Assembly (NCBI GenBank): GCA_964480345.1
Contig: CAYZNW010000002.1
Location: 64,524 to 128,523, forward strand
DNA length: 64,000 bases
Origin: an uncultured Candidatus Saccharibacteria bacterium
GTDB lineage: Bacteria > Patescibacteriota > Dojkabacteria > SC72
Direction of reading: 5' to 3'
A program made the position numbers and the translations under genes. The notes under the pieces are model-generated. The model saw only the letters and a list, made by a program, of their open reading frames with translations, was not told where the DNA came from and ran no database searches. Positions 8,358 through 18,095 of the stretch are shown piece by piece (the stretch's first letter is position 1; every line of letters starts with the position of its first letter).

Positions 8358-9152
8358 ATGAAAGTTTTTGTAATAGCAAATCAAAAAGGAGGAGTTGGCA
8401 AAACAACTACAGTGATGAATTTGGGAGCTAGTTTGGCAAATAAAGGGAAGAAAATCTTAGTCGTAGACTTAGATCCACAATCCAATCTCTCCTCAGGATT
8501 AGGATTTACACAGCAGTTTGATAAACAGAGCTGGAATTCAACAGACCAAGCACCTTACAAAAATATATATGATGTATTAGTAGAGGGAGATCCAATATCA
8601 TCAGTGTTTGTTACTACAAATACAAAAAATCTTTTTCTACTTCCATCTCACCTCTCCTTAGCAGGAGCTGAAATAGAAATGGTAAACATGATATCAAGAG
8701 AGACACTTCTTAAGAAAGCACTTGAAGCTACCACAGAGAAGTTTGACTACGTCCTTATAGATTGCCCTCCTTCTTTAGGATTACTAACATTAAATGCATT
8801 AAGCGCCGCACAGAAGTTAATAATTCCAATACAGTGTGAATACTTTGCTTTAGAAGGATTAGGACAGCTAATAGAGACTACAAAATTAATAAAAGGCATC
8901 AATCCTGTACTAACTGTAGGAGGAGTAATCTTAACAATGTATGATAGCAGAACTAAGCTCTCAGAGAATGTTGTAAAAGATGTAAAAGACTTCTTTGGAG
9001 AGGTTGCATTTGATACAATAGTACCTAGAAATGTAAGACTTTCAGAAGCTCCATCATATGGAAAAACTATCTTCCAATATGACAATAAGTCTACAGGCGC
9101 TTTAGCTTACAAGAAACTGGCATCTGAATTTATAAAAAGATTTGAAAATTAA
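8358..9152 (+). CDS. parA: Chromosome partitioning ATPase ParA/Soj
   Basis: Deviant Walker A KGGVGKTTT at the N-terminus; ParA/MinD family length and layout; immediately upstream of parB. Confidence 0.9.
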   Translation: MKVFVIANQKGGVGKTTTVMNLGASLANKGKKILVVDLDPQSNLSSGLGFTQQFDKQSWNSTDQAPYKNIYDVLVEGDPISSVFVTTNTKNLFLLPSHLSLAGAEIEMVNMISRETLLKKALEATTEKFDYVLIDCPPSLGLLTLNALSAAQKLIIPIQCEYFALEGLGQLIETTKLIKGINPVLTVGGVILTMYDSRTKLSENVVKDVKDFFGEVAFDTIVPRNVRLSEAPSYGKTIFQYDNKSTGALAYKKLASEFIKRFEN

Positions 9153-9169
9153 ATTAATATAAAAGAAAT

Positions 9170-10030
9170 ATGGCAGAGAAAACAAGATTAGGTAAAGGAT
9201 TAGCTGCTCTCATTAGTTCTAATGAAATTGATAACTCGTCTAGTTCATTTGTACTAGAATTCCCAATATGGAAAATTGAAGTTAATCCCTACCAGCCAAG
9301 AATGAGAATAGATCCAGAGGAGTTGATAGAGATAGCAGATTCAATTAGGGCTCACGGTGTGATTCAGCCTCTCATCATAACAAAAAAAGAGGGAACTGAC
9401 TCCTACTACTTAATAGCAGGAGAGAGAAGATTAAAAGCCTCTCAGCTTGCTGGTCTAAATCATGTTCCTGTTGTAATCAAAGATACCTCTCCTCAAGAGA
9501 TGCTCGAAATAGCAATCATAGAGAATATTCAAAGAAAAGATCTTAACCCTCTTGAAGAGGCGTATGCATTTAAACAGATGCAAACAGAGTTTGGTCTTTC
9601 TCAAGAGGACATAGCAGACAGAATTGGAGTCAGTAGAGTATCTGTAACAAATAAGTTAAGACTTCTCTCTATACCAGAACCAATTAAAGAAGAGATTATG
9701 AACGATAGACTCTCGGAGGGACATGCTAGAGCATTACTCGGTATTAAGGATGAGACTTCAATGATTGCTGCTGCTGATCTTGTTTTGAAAAGGGAGCTTA
9801 GTGTTAGAGAGACAGAGGCGTTAGTTAGAAAGATAACATACGGTAAGACAGTAAGTACAAAAGATTGGACAAAGAGCGATGCTAGATCAAAGATGTACGG
9901 TGAACTACTTAGTCAGAAGCTAGGTTACTCTGCACATATTAAAAGGATGACAAAAGGAGGACAGGTGATAATTAGATACAATACTGTAGAAGAGCTCTCA
10001 GACTTAATGAAGAAGTTAATTAACTCTTAA
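9170..10030 (+). CDS. parB: Chromosome partitioning protein ParB/Spo0J
   Basis: PYQPR, IAGERRLKAS (ParB box) and an HTH region (EDIADRIGVSRVSVTNKLRLL). Confidence 0.9.
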   Translation: MAEKTRLGKGLAALISSNEIDNSSSSFVLEFPIWKIEVNPYQPRMRIDPEELIEIADSIRAHGVIQPLIITKKEGTDSYYLIAGERRLKASQLAGLNHVPVVIKDTSPQEMLEIAIIENIQRKDLNPLEEAYAFKQMQTEFGLSQEDIADRIGVSRVSVTNKLRLLSIPEPIKEEIMNDRLSEGHARALLGIKDETSMIAAADLVLKRELSVRETEALVRKITYGKTVSTKDWTKSDARSKMYGELLSQKLGYSAHIKRMTKGGQVIIRYNTVEELSDLMKKLINS

Positions 10031-10766
10031 CTTCCTGTCTAAGTTTTTCATATACCAATATAGCGGCACTTGAGCTTACATTTAATGAACCAATTCCTTC
10101 TCGCATAGGTATAGATATCTTTCCATCTACTCTCTCCATTATTCCAGTTGATATACCTACATCCTCTGCACCCATTACAAATGCTACGGGTCCTCTTAAA
10201 TCTTTCTCAAAATATATCTCACCATCCATATCTACTGCATAGATTGCAATACCGTTCTTCTTCAAGGTCTTAAGAGCGTTAAATAGATTTGTTTCAACAA
10301 GCGGTACTCTTTCAGCAGCTCCCATAGATATTCTAATTGTCTCATCAGAAATCAAGCTCTTGTCCTGAGTATTTACAATGATTCCATTTACTCCAGCAGC
10401 GTATGCTGTTCTCATAATCGCAGCTATATTCTGAGAGTATTTCAAGTTATCTAATACTAGAAAAAAGGGTTGTTTCTCCTCCTCATAGATGGTCTTTAGA
10501 AGTTCATCTAAATTCCAATCATTTTGAGAATACATTAAACCGATGATACTCTCTGAGGAAGATGATCTTAATCTTCTGTTAATAGCTCTCCTTGATACTT
10601 TGACAATTGGAATCTTTTTTTTAGAAGCTAATTGGAATATCTCTACACTCTTTGCATCCTTGAAAGCATTACCTACTGCAAAAATCTTTTCAAAATCTCT
10701 TCCCTCTTTTAAAAGCTCAAGAAGAGCATTTTTACTCTCTATCTGTATGAATTTGGACTTTGGCAT
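10020..10766 (-). CDS. TrmH/SpoU-family RNA 2'-O-methyltransferase (RlmB-like)
   Basis: SpoU methylase motifs: NLGAIMRTA-like (NIAAIMRTAYAAGV), AFVMGAEDVGIS and SIPMREGIGSLNVSSSAAILVYE. Confidence 0.8.
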   Translation of the reverse strand: MPKSKFIQIESKNALLELLKEGRDFEKIFAVGNAFKDAKSVEIFQLASKKKIPIVKVSRRAINRRLRSSSSESIIGLMYSQNDWNLDELLKTIYEEEKQPFFLVLDNLKYSQNIAAIMRTAYAAGVNGIIVNTQDKSLISDETIRISMGAAERVPLVETNLFNALKTLKKNGIAIYAVDMDGEIYFEKDLRGPVAFVMGAEDVGISTGIMERVDGKISIPMREGIGSLNVSSSAAILVYEKLRQEVKS

Positions 10767-10773
10767 ATATCTA

Positions 10774-11034
10774 TTATTCTACTACATCAACAAGAAACTT
10801 TCCTCTCTTGAAGCCTGTCATTCTTCTAAATTGAACAACTCCATCTTTCTGTGCGTGTATAGAGTGTGTTTTGCCTACATAGGTATTTCTACCAGAGTGA
10901 TATACTGTTCCGTTTTGTCTTACTATTATATTTCCTGCTTTTACTTTCTCTCCTGCATATTTCTTTACTCCAAGTCTTTTACCTGCGACATTTCCTGTAT
11001 TTGATGTTGTACTTCCTGCTGCAACGTGTGACAT
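10774..11034 (-). CDS. rpmA: 50S ribosomal protein L27
   Basis: 86 aa: KRLGVKKYAGEKVKAGNIIVRQNGTVYHSGRNTYVGKTHSIHAQKDGVVQF is the canonical L27 sequence pattern. Confidence 0.9.
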   Translation of the reverse strand: MSHVAAGSTTSNTGNVAGKRLGVKKYAGEKVKAGNIIVRQNGTVYHSGRNTYVGKTHSIHAQKDGVVQFRRMTGFKRGKFLVDVVE

Positions 11035-11124
11035 TCCGAATTATTCATAATTTATATATATAATCGTGCTGATGATACTATTTTTTGATCTTTATCGCAA
11101 GTACCTAAAACATTTCTTGCTCTT

Positions 11125-11667
11125 CTATATCTTTATACTGCTAAGGAAAAACTCTTTCTCTGTATCAAGAAAGCTACCACACACAGCAGAAGTTTGTACC
11201 TTACTATCCTGCTCAACACCTCTACACCTCATACAATCGTGAATACCTTCAACAACAACAATTACACCTTTCGCTTTTAAGTTTTTGTATATTAGTTCAG
11301 CAATCTCTAAAGTAACATTCTCTTGTAGTTTTGGATAACTAGCTACAGCATCAGCTACTCTAGCAAACTTGCTAAGTCCAAGAACCCAACCATCTGGTTT
11401 ATATCCTATATGTATCTTGTATGTAACTGGTAGTAGATGGTGTGGACACATACTAAAACATTTAATATCTTTCAATATAACAAGATTGTTGTTATTAGAA
11501 GGAAATACTTTAGAAAAATGTATAGTAGGATCTTCTTTTCTAAAAAAGTGATTGTACATTCTACTTAATCTCTCCGGAGTATCTTTCATATCAGAATCAT
11601 TCTCCCAATTAGGATTTAAAATAGAGAGAATATTTTCGAATTCTTTTTTTAACTTTTGATCTTTCAT
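11125..11667 (-). CDS. folE: GTP cyclohydrolase I
   Basis: SMCPHHLLPV (Cys-x-His-His zinc site), GLSKFARV, and C-terminal HDCMRCRGV...TSAVCGSF. Size is about 180 aa. Confidence 0.75.
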   Translation of the reverse strand: MKDQKLKKEFENILSILNPNWENDSDMKDTPERLSRMYNHFFRKEDPTIHFSKVFPSNNNNLVILKDIKCFSMCPHHLLPVTYKIHIGYKPDGWVLGLSKFARVADAVASYPKLQENVTLEIAELIYKNLKAKGVIVVVEGIHDCMRCRGVEQDSKVQTSAVCGSFLDTEKEFFLSSIKI

Positions 11668-11670
11668 AGC

Positions 11671-12876
11671 TTAACTTCTCTCTAATATAAATATATTCCT
11701 TGTAATAATACTATCTTTTCTAAACCATTTAAGCTGTTTATTTGGACTGTAATATGTATTCTTTAAAACCAACCTATTACTTACCAATTCATTAATTCCA
11801 ATAGTTCTCCATCCCTCATATGTTTTGTATGATGGAACAATTATTACAACCTTAATACCCCTCTTCTCTAGCCTATTATCTATCAAATCAAAAAGGCTAA
11901 GATAAAGCTTCTTGACTCCATTTAACAATTCATCTGCTCTTTCTGTAGATACAATATTTTTTTGTGGAGGACCCATAAAAGGCTCACATACAATAGCGGA
12001 AATATTGGTATTTTTTAATTTCTTAACAACCTCAGCATCAGCTCTAGTAACATCAAACTTAAAAGCCTCATACAGTACATCGCCGATTTCACCATCCCTA
12101 TTCAACCATCGTATATTCTCATCAGTAGACTTAACAGCTAAACTATCAATATCAGAAGCTAAAACATTGAAACCCATCATTGCTGATTCCATAGGGATAG
12201 TACCAGAACCACAAAATGGATCCCATATGATTCCACTATTAAGAGCTGTGAAGTTAACCATCATTCTAGCAAGCTTCGGAGGTAGTACACCCATTTTAGT
12301 ATCACTATTTGGTCTATCAATATCTCTATTTACAAAACCTTCCAAGTCTTGAATATATGTTGTATGTGCATATATCTCTTCTCTACTATTTCTAATGATA
12401 TTTAACTCAAAGCCTTTTTCTAAAATATCATTTTTTATTACCTGAGCTGCATTTAATGAAGTATTCTTTCGTATAGGAAGAACAAATCTAGATGACACAC
12501 TATTCTCTCTCAAACCTTTTTTAATCTGATTACCTAACTTTTTCAAAAAAGAGAGATCATCTCTTTTACTCTCTCCTACAATACTAATACCAAAAACAAC
12601 CTTTTTTGTACTCTGTTGATATTCACTTAGATATGTATCTAAATCTTCTATGATATACCCTGCTCTAACACAACCTCCTAATCTTTTAGCTATATTCTCA
12701 AAAAGGATATCTGTTATCTTCTCAGCTTTAATTAGAAAAATTGTATCGGAAAATTTCTGTACTAGTTCCTTTCTAATATTGAAAGATTCAAGTACACAAA
12801 GTAATTCAGTAAGGGATAATTCTGGAAAAGCACCTGCTTCAAAGAAATACTGTTTTAGCATGTTATATTTTAACAA
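11671..12876 (-). CDS. Class I SAM-dependent RNA methyltransferase (THUMP/RlmL/Trm14-like, UPF0020)
   Basis: GVLPPKLARMMVN...DPFCGSGTIPMESAMMG is the UPF0020/RlmL motif I; N-terminal half is consistent with a THUMP-type RNA-binding region. Confidence 0.6.
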   Translation of the reverse strand: MLKYNMLKQYFFEAGAFPELSLTELLCVLESFNIRKELVQKFSDTIFLIKAEKITDILFENIAKRLGGCVRAGYIIEDLDTYLSEYQQSTKKVVFGISIVGESKRDDLSFLKKLGNQIKKGLRENSVSSRFVLPIRKNTSLNAAQVIKNDILEKGFELNIIRNSREEIYAHTTYIQDLEGFVNRDIDRPNSDTKMGVLPPKLARMMVNFTALNSGIIWDPFCGSGTIPMESAMMGFNVLASDIDSLAVKSTDENIRWLNRDGEIGDVLYEAFKFDVTRADAEVVKKLKNTNISAIVCEPFMGPPQKNIVSTERADELLNGVKKLYLSLFDLIDNRLEKRGIKVVIIVPSYKTYEGWRTIGINELVSNRLVLKNTYYSPNKQLKWFRKDSIITRNIFILERS

Positions 12877-13228
12877 CTTTTACCCTGGTAATGCTAGGTC
12901 TAAATCCAAATCTTCTTCTATATCTTGATTTAGATTTAAATACAAAACCATCTATCTTCTTTCCTTTTTTCTGAGAGGTTATCTCTAATTTAACAGAAGC
13001 ACCATCTACAAGAGGATTTCCCATTTTAACATCATCTCCATTTGCAACAAGAAGTACTTCATTAATTTCTAATTTATCTCCTTTGTCTCCTGAGATTTTG
13101 TTAATTTCGTACTCTTTACCTTCATATACTTTTAACTGTACTCCTGATATTTTGATTACAGCAAATTTCTCAGAAACTGGTTCTGCTTTTTCTATCTTCT
13201 TTTCTTCTTTCTTGATTTCTTTTACCAT
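12863..13228 (-). CDS. rplU: 50S ribosomal protein L21 (with short K/E-rich N-terminal extension)
   Basis: FAVIKISGVQLKVYEGKEYEINKISGDKGDKLEINEVLLV is the L21 core; C-terminal RRRFGFRPSITRVKVVKI. Overlaps the methyltransferase gene by 14 nt. Confidence 0.85.
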   Translation of the reverse strand: MVKEIKKEEKKIEKAEPVSEKFAVIKISGVQLKVYEGKEYEINKISGDKGDKLEINEVLLVANGDDVKMGNPLVDGASVKLEITSQKKGKKIDGFVFKSKSRYRRRFGFRPSITRVKVVKI

Positions 13229-13328
13229 AGCCCTGAATTCTATGTTAATATCGCTTAAAAGTCAATGAAATGTATCAAATATATTGAAAAAAAAGCTTCA
13301 TACTGATATTATCTATCCGCAATACACT

Positions 13329-13401
13329 GGGTGTATAGCTCAACTGGTAGAGCAAACGGCTCTTAACCGTTAGGTTCAGGGTTCGAATCCCTGTACACCC
13401 A
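13329..13401 (+). tRNA. tRNA-Lys (anticodon CTT)
   Basis: Acceptor GGGTGTA/TACACCC, anticodon stem AACGG/CCGTT with loop CTCTTAA, T-arm CAGGGTTCGAATCCCTG. Confidence 0.85.
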
Positions 13402-13478
13402 CTTTAATACCCCTAAACCCCACAACATGATCTAAAAGTGTTAATATATACCAACATAATCTCATTACTCACATACTA

Positions 13479-14471
13479 ATGAAACTAATAACTGGAGCAA
13501 ATGGAAGAATTGGAAATGTATTAGTAAAAGAATTAAACAGAAGAGGAGAGAAAGTAAAAGTATTAGTAAGAAAAACATCAGACCTTACATCACTTAAAGA
13601 TTGTAACTGTGAATATATCTACGGAGATATACTTGATATAGCCTCATTTGAGGATCACTTAGATGATGTAGATATGATATTCCATCTAGCAGCACATATA
13701 AACATATCTACACATGACAAAGAGAAAACATACACTACAAATATAGAAGGAACAAAGAATATCGTAGAACTATGCTTAAGAAAAAACATCAAACTAATAT
13801 ACACCAGCTCCATACACGCCATATCCTCTCTTCTACAAGACACAGTCATAACAGAAGACACACCCCTATGTATCTACACAGGAGAAGACATAGGACCTTA
13901 CAACACTTCAAAAGCACAAGCTACCCAAGTAGTACTAGATGCAATATCTAACGGCCTACAAGCCATCATATACTTCCCTACAGGTGTGATTGGACCGTAC
14001 GACTACCAACCATCATATTTTGGTTCTAGCATCATTAATCTAATAAAAGCGGGACTCAATACAACAGTAGAAGGAAAATACGACTATGCAGATGTCAGAG
14101 ATGTAGTAGATGCCATATTAAAAGGAGTAGAATTAGAAAAGTATGGAAAGAAATATATACTCTCAGGAGAGTGTATAGATATGGTAACTATCACAAAATA
14201 TCTAAGAGAGTTTACAGAGAAAAAAGAAAAAAGAAATATCTTAAGACACATAACCGTATTAAACTTCAAATTAGCCACATTTATTGGAAAGATAGCCACC
14301 CTATTTAGCAAAAAGACCCCTATTACCCCATACAGCATGCAAACATTAAACAGTAACTGTAATATCTCACACGATCTAGCAACTAAAGAGTTAGAGTATA
14401 ATCCAAGAGATGTAAAAACCTCTCTACACGATCAATATATTTGGTTTAAAGAAAACGGATATATCAAATAA
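13479..14471 (+). CDS. NAD-dependent epimerase/dehydratase (extended SDR)
   Basis: N-terminal Rossmann motif TGANGRIGNVLVKEL and a YxxxK catalytic pair (YNTSK); about 330 aa. Confidence 0.75.
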   Translation: MKLITGANGRIGNVLVKELNRRGEKVKVLVRKTSDLTSLKDCNCEYIYGDILDIASFEDHLDDVDMIFHLAAHINISTHDKEKTYTTNIEGTKNIVELCLRKNIKLIYTSSIHAISSLLQDTVITEDTPLCIYTGEDIGPYNTSKAQATQVVLDAISNGLQAIIYFPTGVIGPYDYQPSYFGSSIINLIKAGLNTTVEGKYDYADVRDVVDAILKGVELEKYGKKYILSGECIDMVTITKYLREFTEKKEKRNILRHITVLNFKLATFIGKIATLFSKKTPITPYSMQTLNSNCNISHDLATKELEYNPRDVKTSLHDQYIWFKENGYIK

Positions 14472-14492
14472 CTTAAACCCATTTTCAACTAC

Positions 14493-15494
14493 ATGATTAA
14501 TAGTAAAAACATTCTCTTTGGAACATCTTTCTCTCCAGAGCTTACAGAGGAAATATATCAGCAAGATCCTATCCATATTCTAAAAGTCATACATAGAGAT
14601 TTAGACATTACAGATATTCGTTTCGGATTAAGATGGAACAAGATAGAACAGAACAAACAGCTTTCTCTGTCATACTATGATAAATATATTGAGTATCTAC
14701 TAAAGAATAAGGTAAAACTCTGTTTAAATGTAGGACCAATAAAAACATTTAGATGGCCAGAGGAACATATACCTCAATACCTAGTTTCAAAAGTAGAAAA
14801 AAACATATCTCCAGACAGTGAATTAGCAAAGTATGCTAATGAGTACCTACATAAACTTCTTACAATATTAAAAAAGACATATCCTGAAATAGGAGATAGT
14901 ACATCATTGCAAATAGAGAATGAGGGATACAACAGATTTGGACATTTTAAAATGAGAATGACAGACGAGTATCTATTAGAACAAATAGCTGTATTAAAAG
15001 AGTATTTCCCTGCAAATAAACTAATGATAAATAGTGCAGGTAGACAAGATTTAAAAAAAGTTATTGCTCTATTTAAATCCCTTACTGATCAAAATGTCTA
15101 TAAAGGTAATGATCTCATATTAGGATTTAATTACTATTTCAAAATTCCTGATGTACTGAAATATGTACCTTTTATGAATGCGGTAGATCCAATAAAATTC
15201 TCCTTTCCTTTTAACATGGGTATAAAGAGGCTTCATAAATATCAAAAAGATATGCAGTTTGATATGGAGATATCGGAGGGGCAGTTTGAGCCTTGGCATA
15301 CAGAAACCTCTCCTGGAAATATCTATGACGACTTAGAGTATCTGGTTGAAAAATGTTACAGATATTTCCCTGAAGATTTTGATAAGAAATTAATCAGGTT
15401 GTGGGGAACAGAAAAGTTAGCTGTTCGAATGAAAGAGAAAACTGTTAGTGAGGAGCATAGCAAAATGGTAAATAGAATAAAGAGGATAGCGTAA
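14493..15494 (+). CDS. Hypothetical protein, possible TIM-barrel glycoside hydrolase-like
   Basis: Only weak cues (IENEGYN resembling the GH5-type NEP acid/base strand; FGLRWN). No secure assignment. Confidence 0.3.
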   Translation: MINSKNILFGTSFSPELTEEIYQQDPIHILKVIHRDLDITDIRFGLRWNKIEQNKQLSLSYYDKYIEYLLKNKVKLCLNVGPIKTFRWPEEHIPQYLVSKVEKNISPDSELAKYANEYLHKLLTILKKTYPEIGDSTSLQIENEGYNRFGHFKMRMTDEYLLEQIAVLKEYFPANKLMINSAGRQDLKKVIALFKSLTDQNVYKGNDLILGFNYYFKIPDVLKYVPFMNAVDPIKFSFPFNMGIKRLHKYQKDMQFDMEISEGQFEPWHTETSPGNIYDDLEYLVEKCYRYFPEDFDKKLIRLWGTEKLAVRMKEKTVSEEHSKMVNRIKRIA

Positions 15495-15498
15495 TTAA

Positions 15499-16821
15499 CT
15501 ACTCTTCATATACTTTTAAAATATCTTTCTTCTCAGTTCTAAGTTTGAATGTTCCTTTAGAATAGATATTTTGAAGGATACCAAGAGCGGTTAGAGTAAT
15601 TAATATAGATGTACCTCCTGCACTCATCATAGGAAGTGGAATACCTGTAGCTGGAATAGTTCCTAAATTAGTTCCAATATTAATAAATACCTCTAACAGT
15701 ATTTTTACACCTATACCTACAGCAATCAATGAAAGCATAGTATCCCCTGAAAATTTTATAGCTGTCAAAAATCCAGTTATGATTAAAACCCCATACAAAA
15801 AGAAAAGTATCAGACTACCAAGTAAACCAAATTCTTCTGCATATGATGCAAATATGAAATCGGTTTGATACTCAGGAAGGAAGTTTCTCTTACTCTGAGT
15901 ACCGTTACCAAAACCTTTACCAAATAGCTGACCAGAGCCTATTGCTATTCTAGATTGGTTTACATTAAAACCTATATCTTCCTTAGTTTCTTCTGGGTTT
16001 AAGAAAGCTTCTATCCTGTTTCTCTGATAATCTTTAAAGACATCGTTCCATACTAACTTTGCAAATACTCCTAATATTGTTCCTATGACTAAAGCTATTA
16101 TGATGAATGTCTTCCAATTGTTTTTTGAATAGAATCCTAAGATTGCAAAAAGTATTGATGGTACTAATAGTAAGTACCATATTGCCCTACCTGTAATTGA
16201 ACTGATTGTAAATGCCCCAACTATACCTCCAATTATCAATAGGATCACTGTGTTTCTGAAAGGGTTATTTAAACCTAGAAATGCTGTTATGAACCATATT
16301 ATTAAAGTTAAAGTTGCCATACTTCCACTTGGCTGTATATATACTAGAGCAACTACAGGAATTGTAAGTAGAAAAGAGATGAAGAAGAGTAACAGCTCGT
16401 TATATTTATCTTTGTATGAGAGAAGTGTGGCAGTAATTAATACGACAGAAAGCTTGGCTATTTCAGAGGGCTGTATTTGAACTCCTCCTACAACAAGCCA
16501 TCTTTTTACATTAGCAATTGTGGGACCAAATAACAGTGTGGCTATTAGTAATACGATGGTAAATATATATATGAGAAGAATTACCTGCCAATGTTTTAGA
16601 TATGATAGATCTAAGTATGCAAGTATGAAATATGCAAGTATTCCAAATAGTATGAATCCTAGTTGTTTTACAACAATTGATATACTTCCTCCTTCTCCAG
16701 ATGCAGATATTGTTGTTGAATAGAGAGTAATAATTCCTATTATTATGAGAAGAATCATAGGAAGAAATACGCCAAAACTGAAAGGTTTAAACCTTTTTAT
16801 ATCAAACAGGTTAGAGTTCAT
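15499..16821 (-). CDS. ftsW: SEDS-family peptidoglycan glycosyltransferase FtsW/RodA
   Basis: About 10 TM segments. GSGQLFGKGFGNG...LPEYQTDFIFASYAEEFGLLGS...PLPMMSAGGTSIL are hallmark FtsW/RodA/SpoVE motifs. Sits next to ftsZ. Confidence 0.85.
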   Translation of the reverse strand: MNSNLFDIKRFKPFSFGVFLPMILLIIIGIITLYSTTISASGEGGSISIVVKQLGFILFGILAYFILAYLDLSYLKHWQVILLIYIFTIVLLIATLLFGPTIANVKRWLVVGGVQIQPSEIAKLSVVLITATLLSYKDKYNELLLFFISFLLTIPVVALVYIQPSGSMATLTLIIWFITAFLGLNNPFRNTVILLIIGGIVGAFTISSITGRAIWYLLLVPSILFAILGFYSKNNWKTFIIIALVIGTILGVFAKLVWNDVFKDYQRNRIEAFLNPEETKEDIGFNVNQSRIAIGSGQLFGKGFGNGTQSKRNFLPEYQTDFIFASYAEEFGLLGSLILFFLYGVLIITGFLTAIKFSGDTMLSLIAVGIGVKILLEVFINIGTNLGTIPATGIPLPMMSAGGTSILITLTALGILQNIYSKGTFKLRTEKKDILKVYEE

Positions 16822-16847
16822 GAAAATATTATACTAAATATTCCAAA

Positions 16848-18068
16848 CTACTTTTTGTTTCTCATAAATGCAGGAATATCAAATGGATCATCACTTTGAA
16901 TATCCTTTACTTTATTAGAATCATCAAATATATCTTCATCTTCAAAAGTATCCGTTGTTTGAGTACTTGTAGCATCAAAAGAGTCTAATGTTTCTTCCTC
17001 TTCTTTACTTTCTTTTGGAATAGAGATATCTACATTTTCTTTAGGTTCAAAACCAAAGTTTCTTACATTACTTCCTCCAGTAGTAATCTCTTTCTGTTTT
17101 TTAGTAAATGGTTGATCGTTAAATCCTGTTGCTACAATTGTAATAGTTAACTCATCGCCAGCTTCTGGATCTATTTGTGCTCCAAATTTAATATTTGCTG
17201 ATGGGTCAACTGCTTCTTTGATTAACTCTGAAACTAAACTAATTTCTGGCAAGGTTAGGTTTGCTCCAACGACATTGTAAAGTACTCCTTTAGCACCCTC
17301 AATAGACATGTCTAATAGCGGGCTTGTTGTAGCTGCTCTAGCAGCTTCCTCTGCACGGTTCTCTCCTGATGCTCTACCTATGCCCATTAAAGCTGTACCT
17401 GCATTTTGCATAACTGATTTTGCATCGTTGAAGTCTGCATTAATATATCCTGTTTGACTAATCAAATTTGAAATACTATTAACTCCCTCTGCTAGTACTG
17501 AGTCTACCTTTTTCATAGCATCTATAAATGAGAGGTTTTCATTTGGGTCTATTACTTCGAGAAGTCTTTGATTAGGGACTACAATTAATGTGTCTACTTT
17601 GTCTTTCAATGCTGCGATACCCTCTTCGGCGATTTCCATTCTCCTTGAGCCTTCAAAATCAAATGGTTTTGTAACAACAGCTACAGTTAAAGCTCCCATA
17701 TTTCTAGCTACCCCTGCAATGATTGGTGCTGCTCCTGTACCGGTTCCTCCACCCATTCCAGCTGTTATGAATACCATATTAGCTCCCTCTAGTAACTCCT
17801 GTATCTGATCTAAGCTTTCCTCTGCTGCTTGAGAACCCATCTCGGAATTACCGCCAACTCCTAAGCCTTTTGTTAATTCTTCACCTAATTGTAGAGTAGT
17901 AGGTGCTTCAGACATTTTTAATGCTTGTGCATCAGTATTAAATGCCATAAATTCAACTCCAGCTATGTCGTAATCAGTGATCATGGTGTTAATAGCATTA
18001 CAACCTCCACCACCAACTCCAACAACTTTTATTTTTGCCACTGGGTCTACATTTGTAGTTACTAACAT
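16848..18068 (-). CDS. ftsZ: Cell division GTPase FtsZ
   Basis: GVGGGGCNAINTM, tubulin signature GGGTGTGAAP, T7 loop region, and a C-terminal acidic tail ending DIPAFMRNKK. Confidence 0.95.
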   Translation of the reverse strand: MLVTTNVDPVAKIKVVGVGGGGCNAINTMITDYDIAGVEFMAFNTDAQALKMSEAPTTLQLGEELTKGLGVGGNSEMGSQAAEESLDQIQELLEGANMVFITAGMGGGTGTGAAPIIAGVARNMGALTVAVVTKPFDFEGSRRMEIAEEGIAALKDKVDTLIVVPNQRLLEVIDPNENLSFIDAMKKVDSVLAEGVNSISNLISQTGYINADFNDAKSVMQNAGTALMGIGRASGENRAEEAARAATTSPLLDMSIEGAKGVLYNVVGANLTLPEISLVSELIKEAVDPSANIKFGAQIDPEAGDELTITIVATGFNDQPFTKKQKEITTGGSNVRNFGFEPKENVDISIPKESKEEEETLDSFDATSTQTTDTFEDEDIFDDSNKVKDIQSDDPFDIPAFMRNKK

Positions 18069-18095
18069 ATTTTCCTTACTGTAAAATTATTTTAG

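Noticed and set aside
11912-12352. 146-aa plus-strand ORF
   Set aside because: Antisense shadow within the RNA methyltransferase gene.
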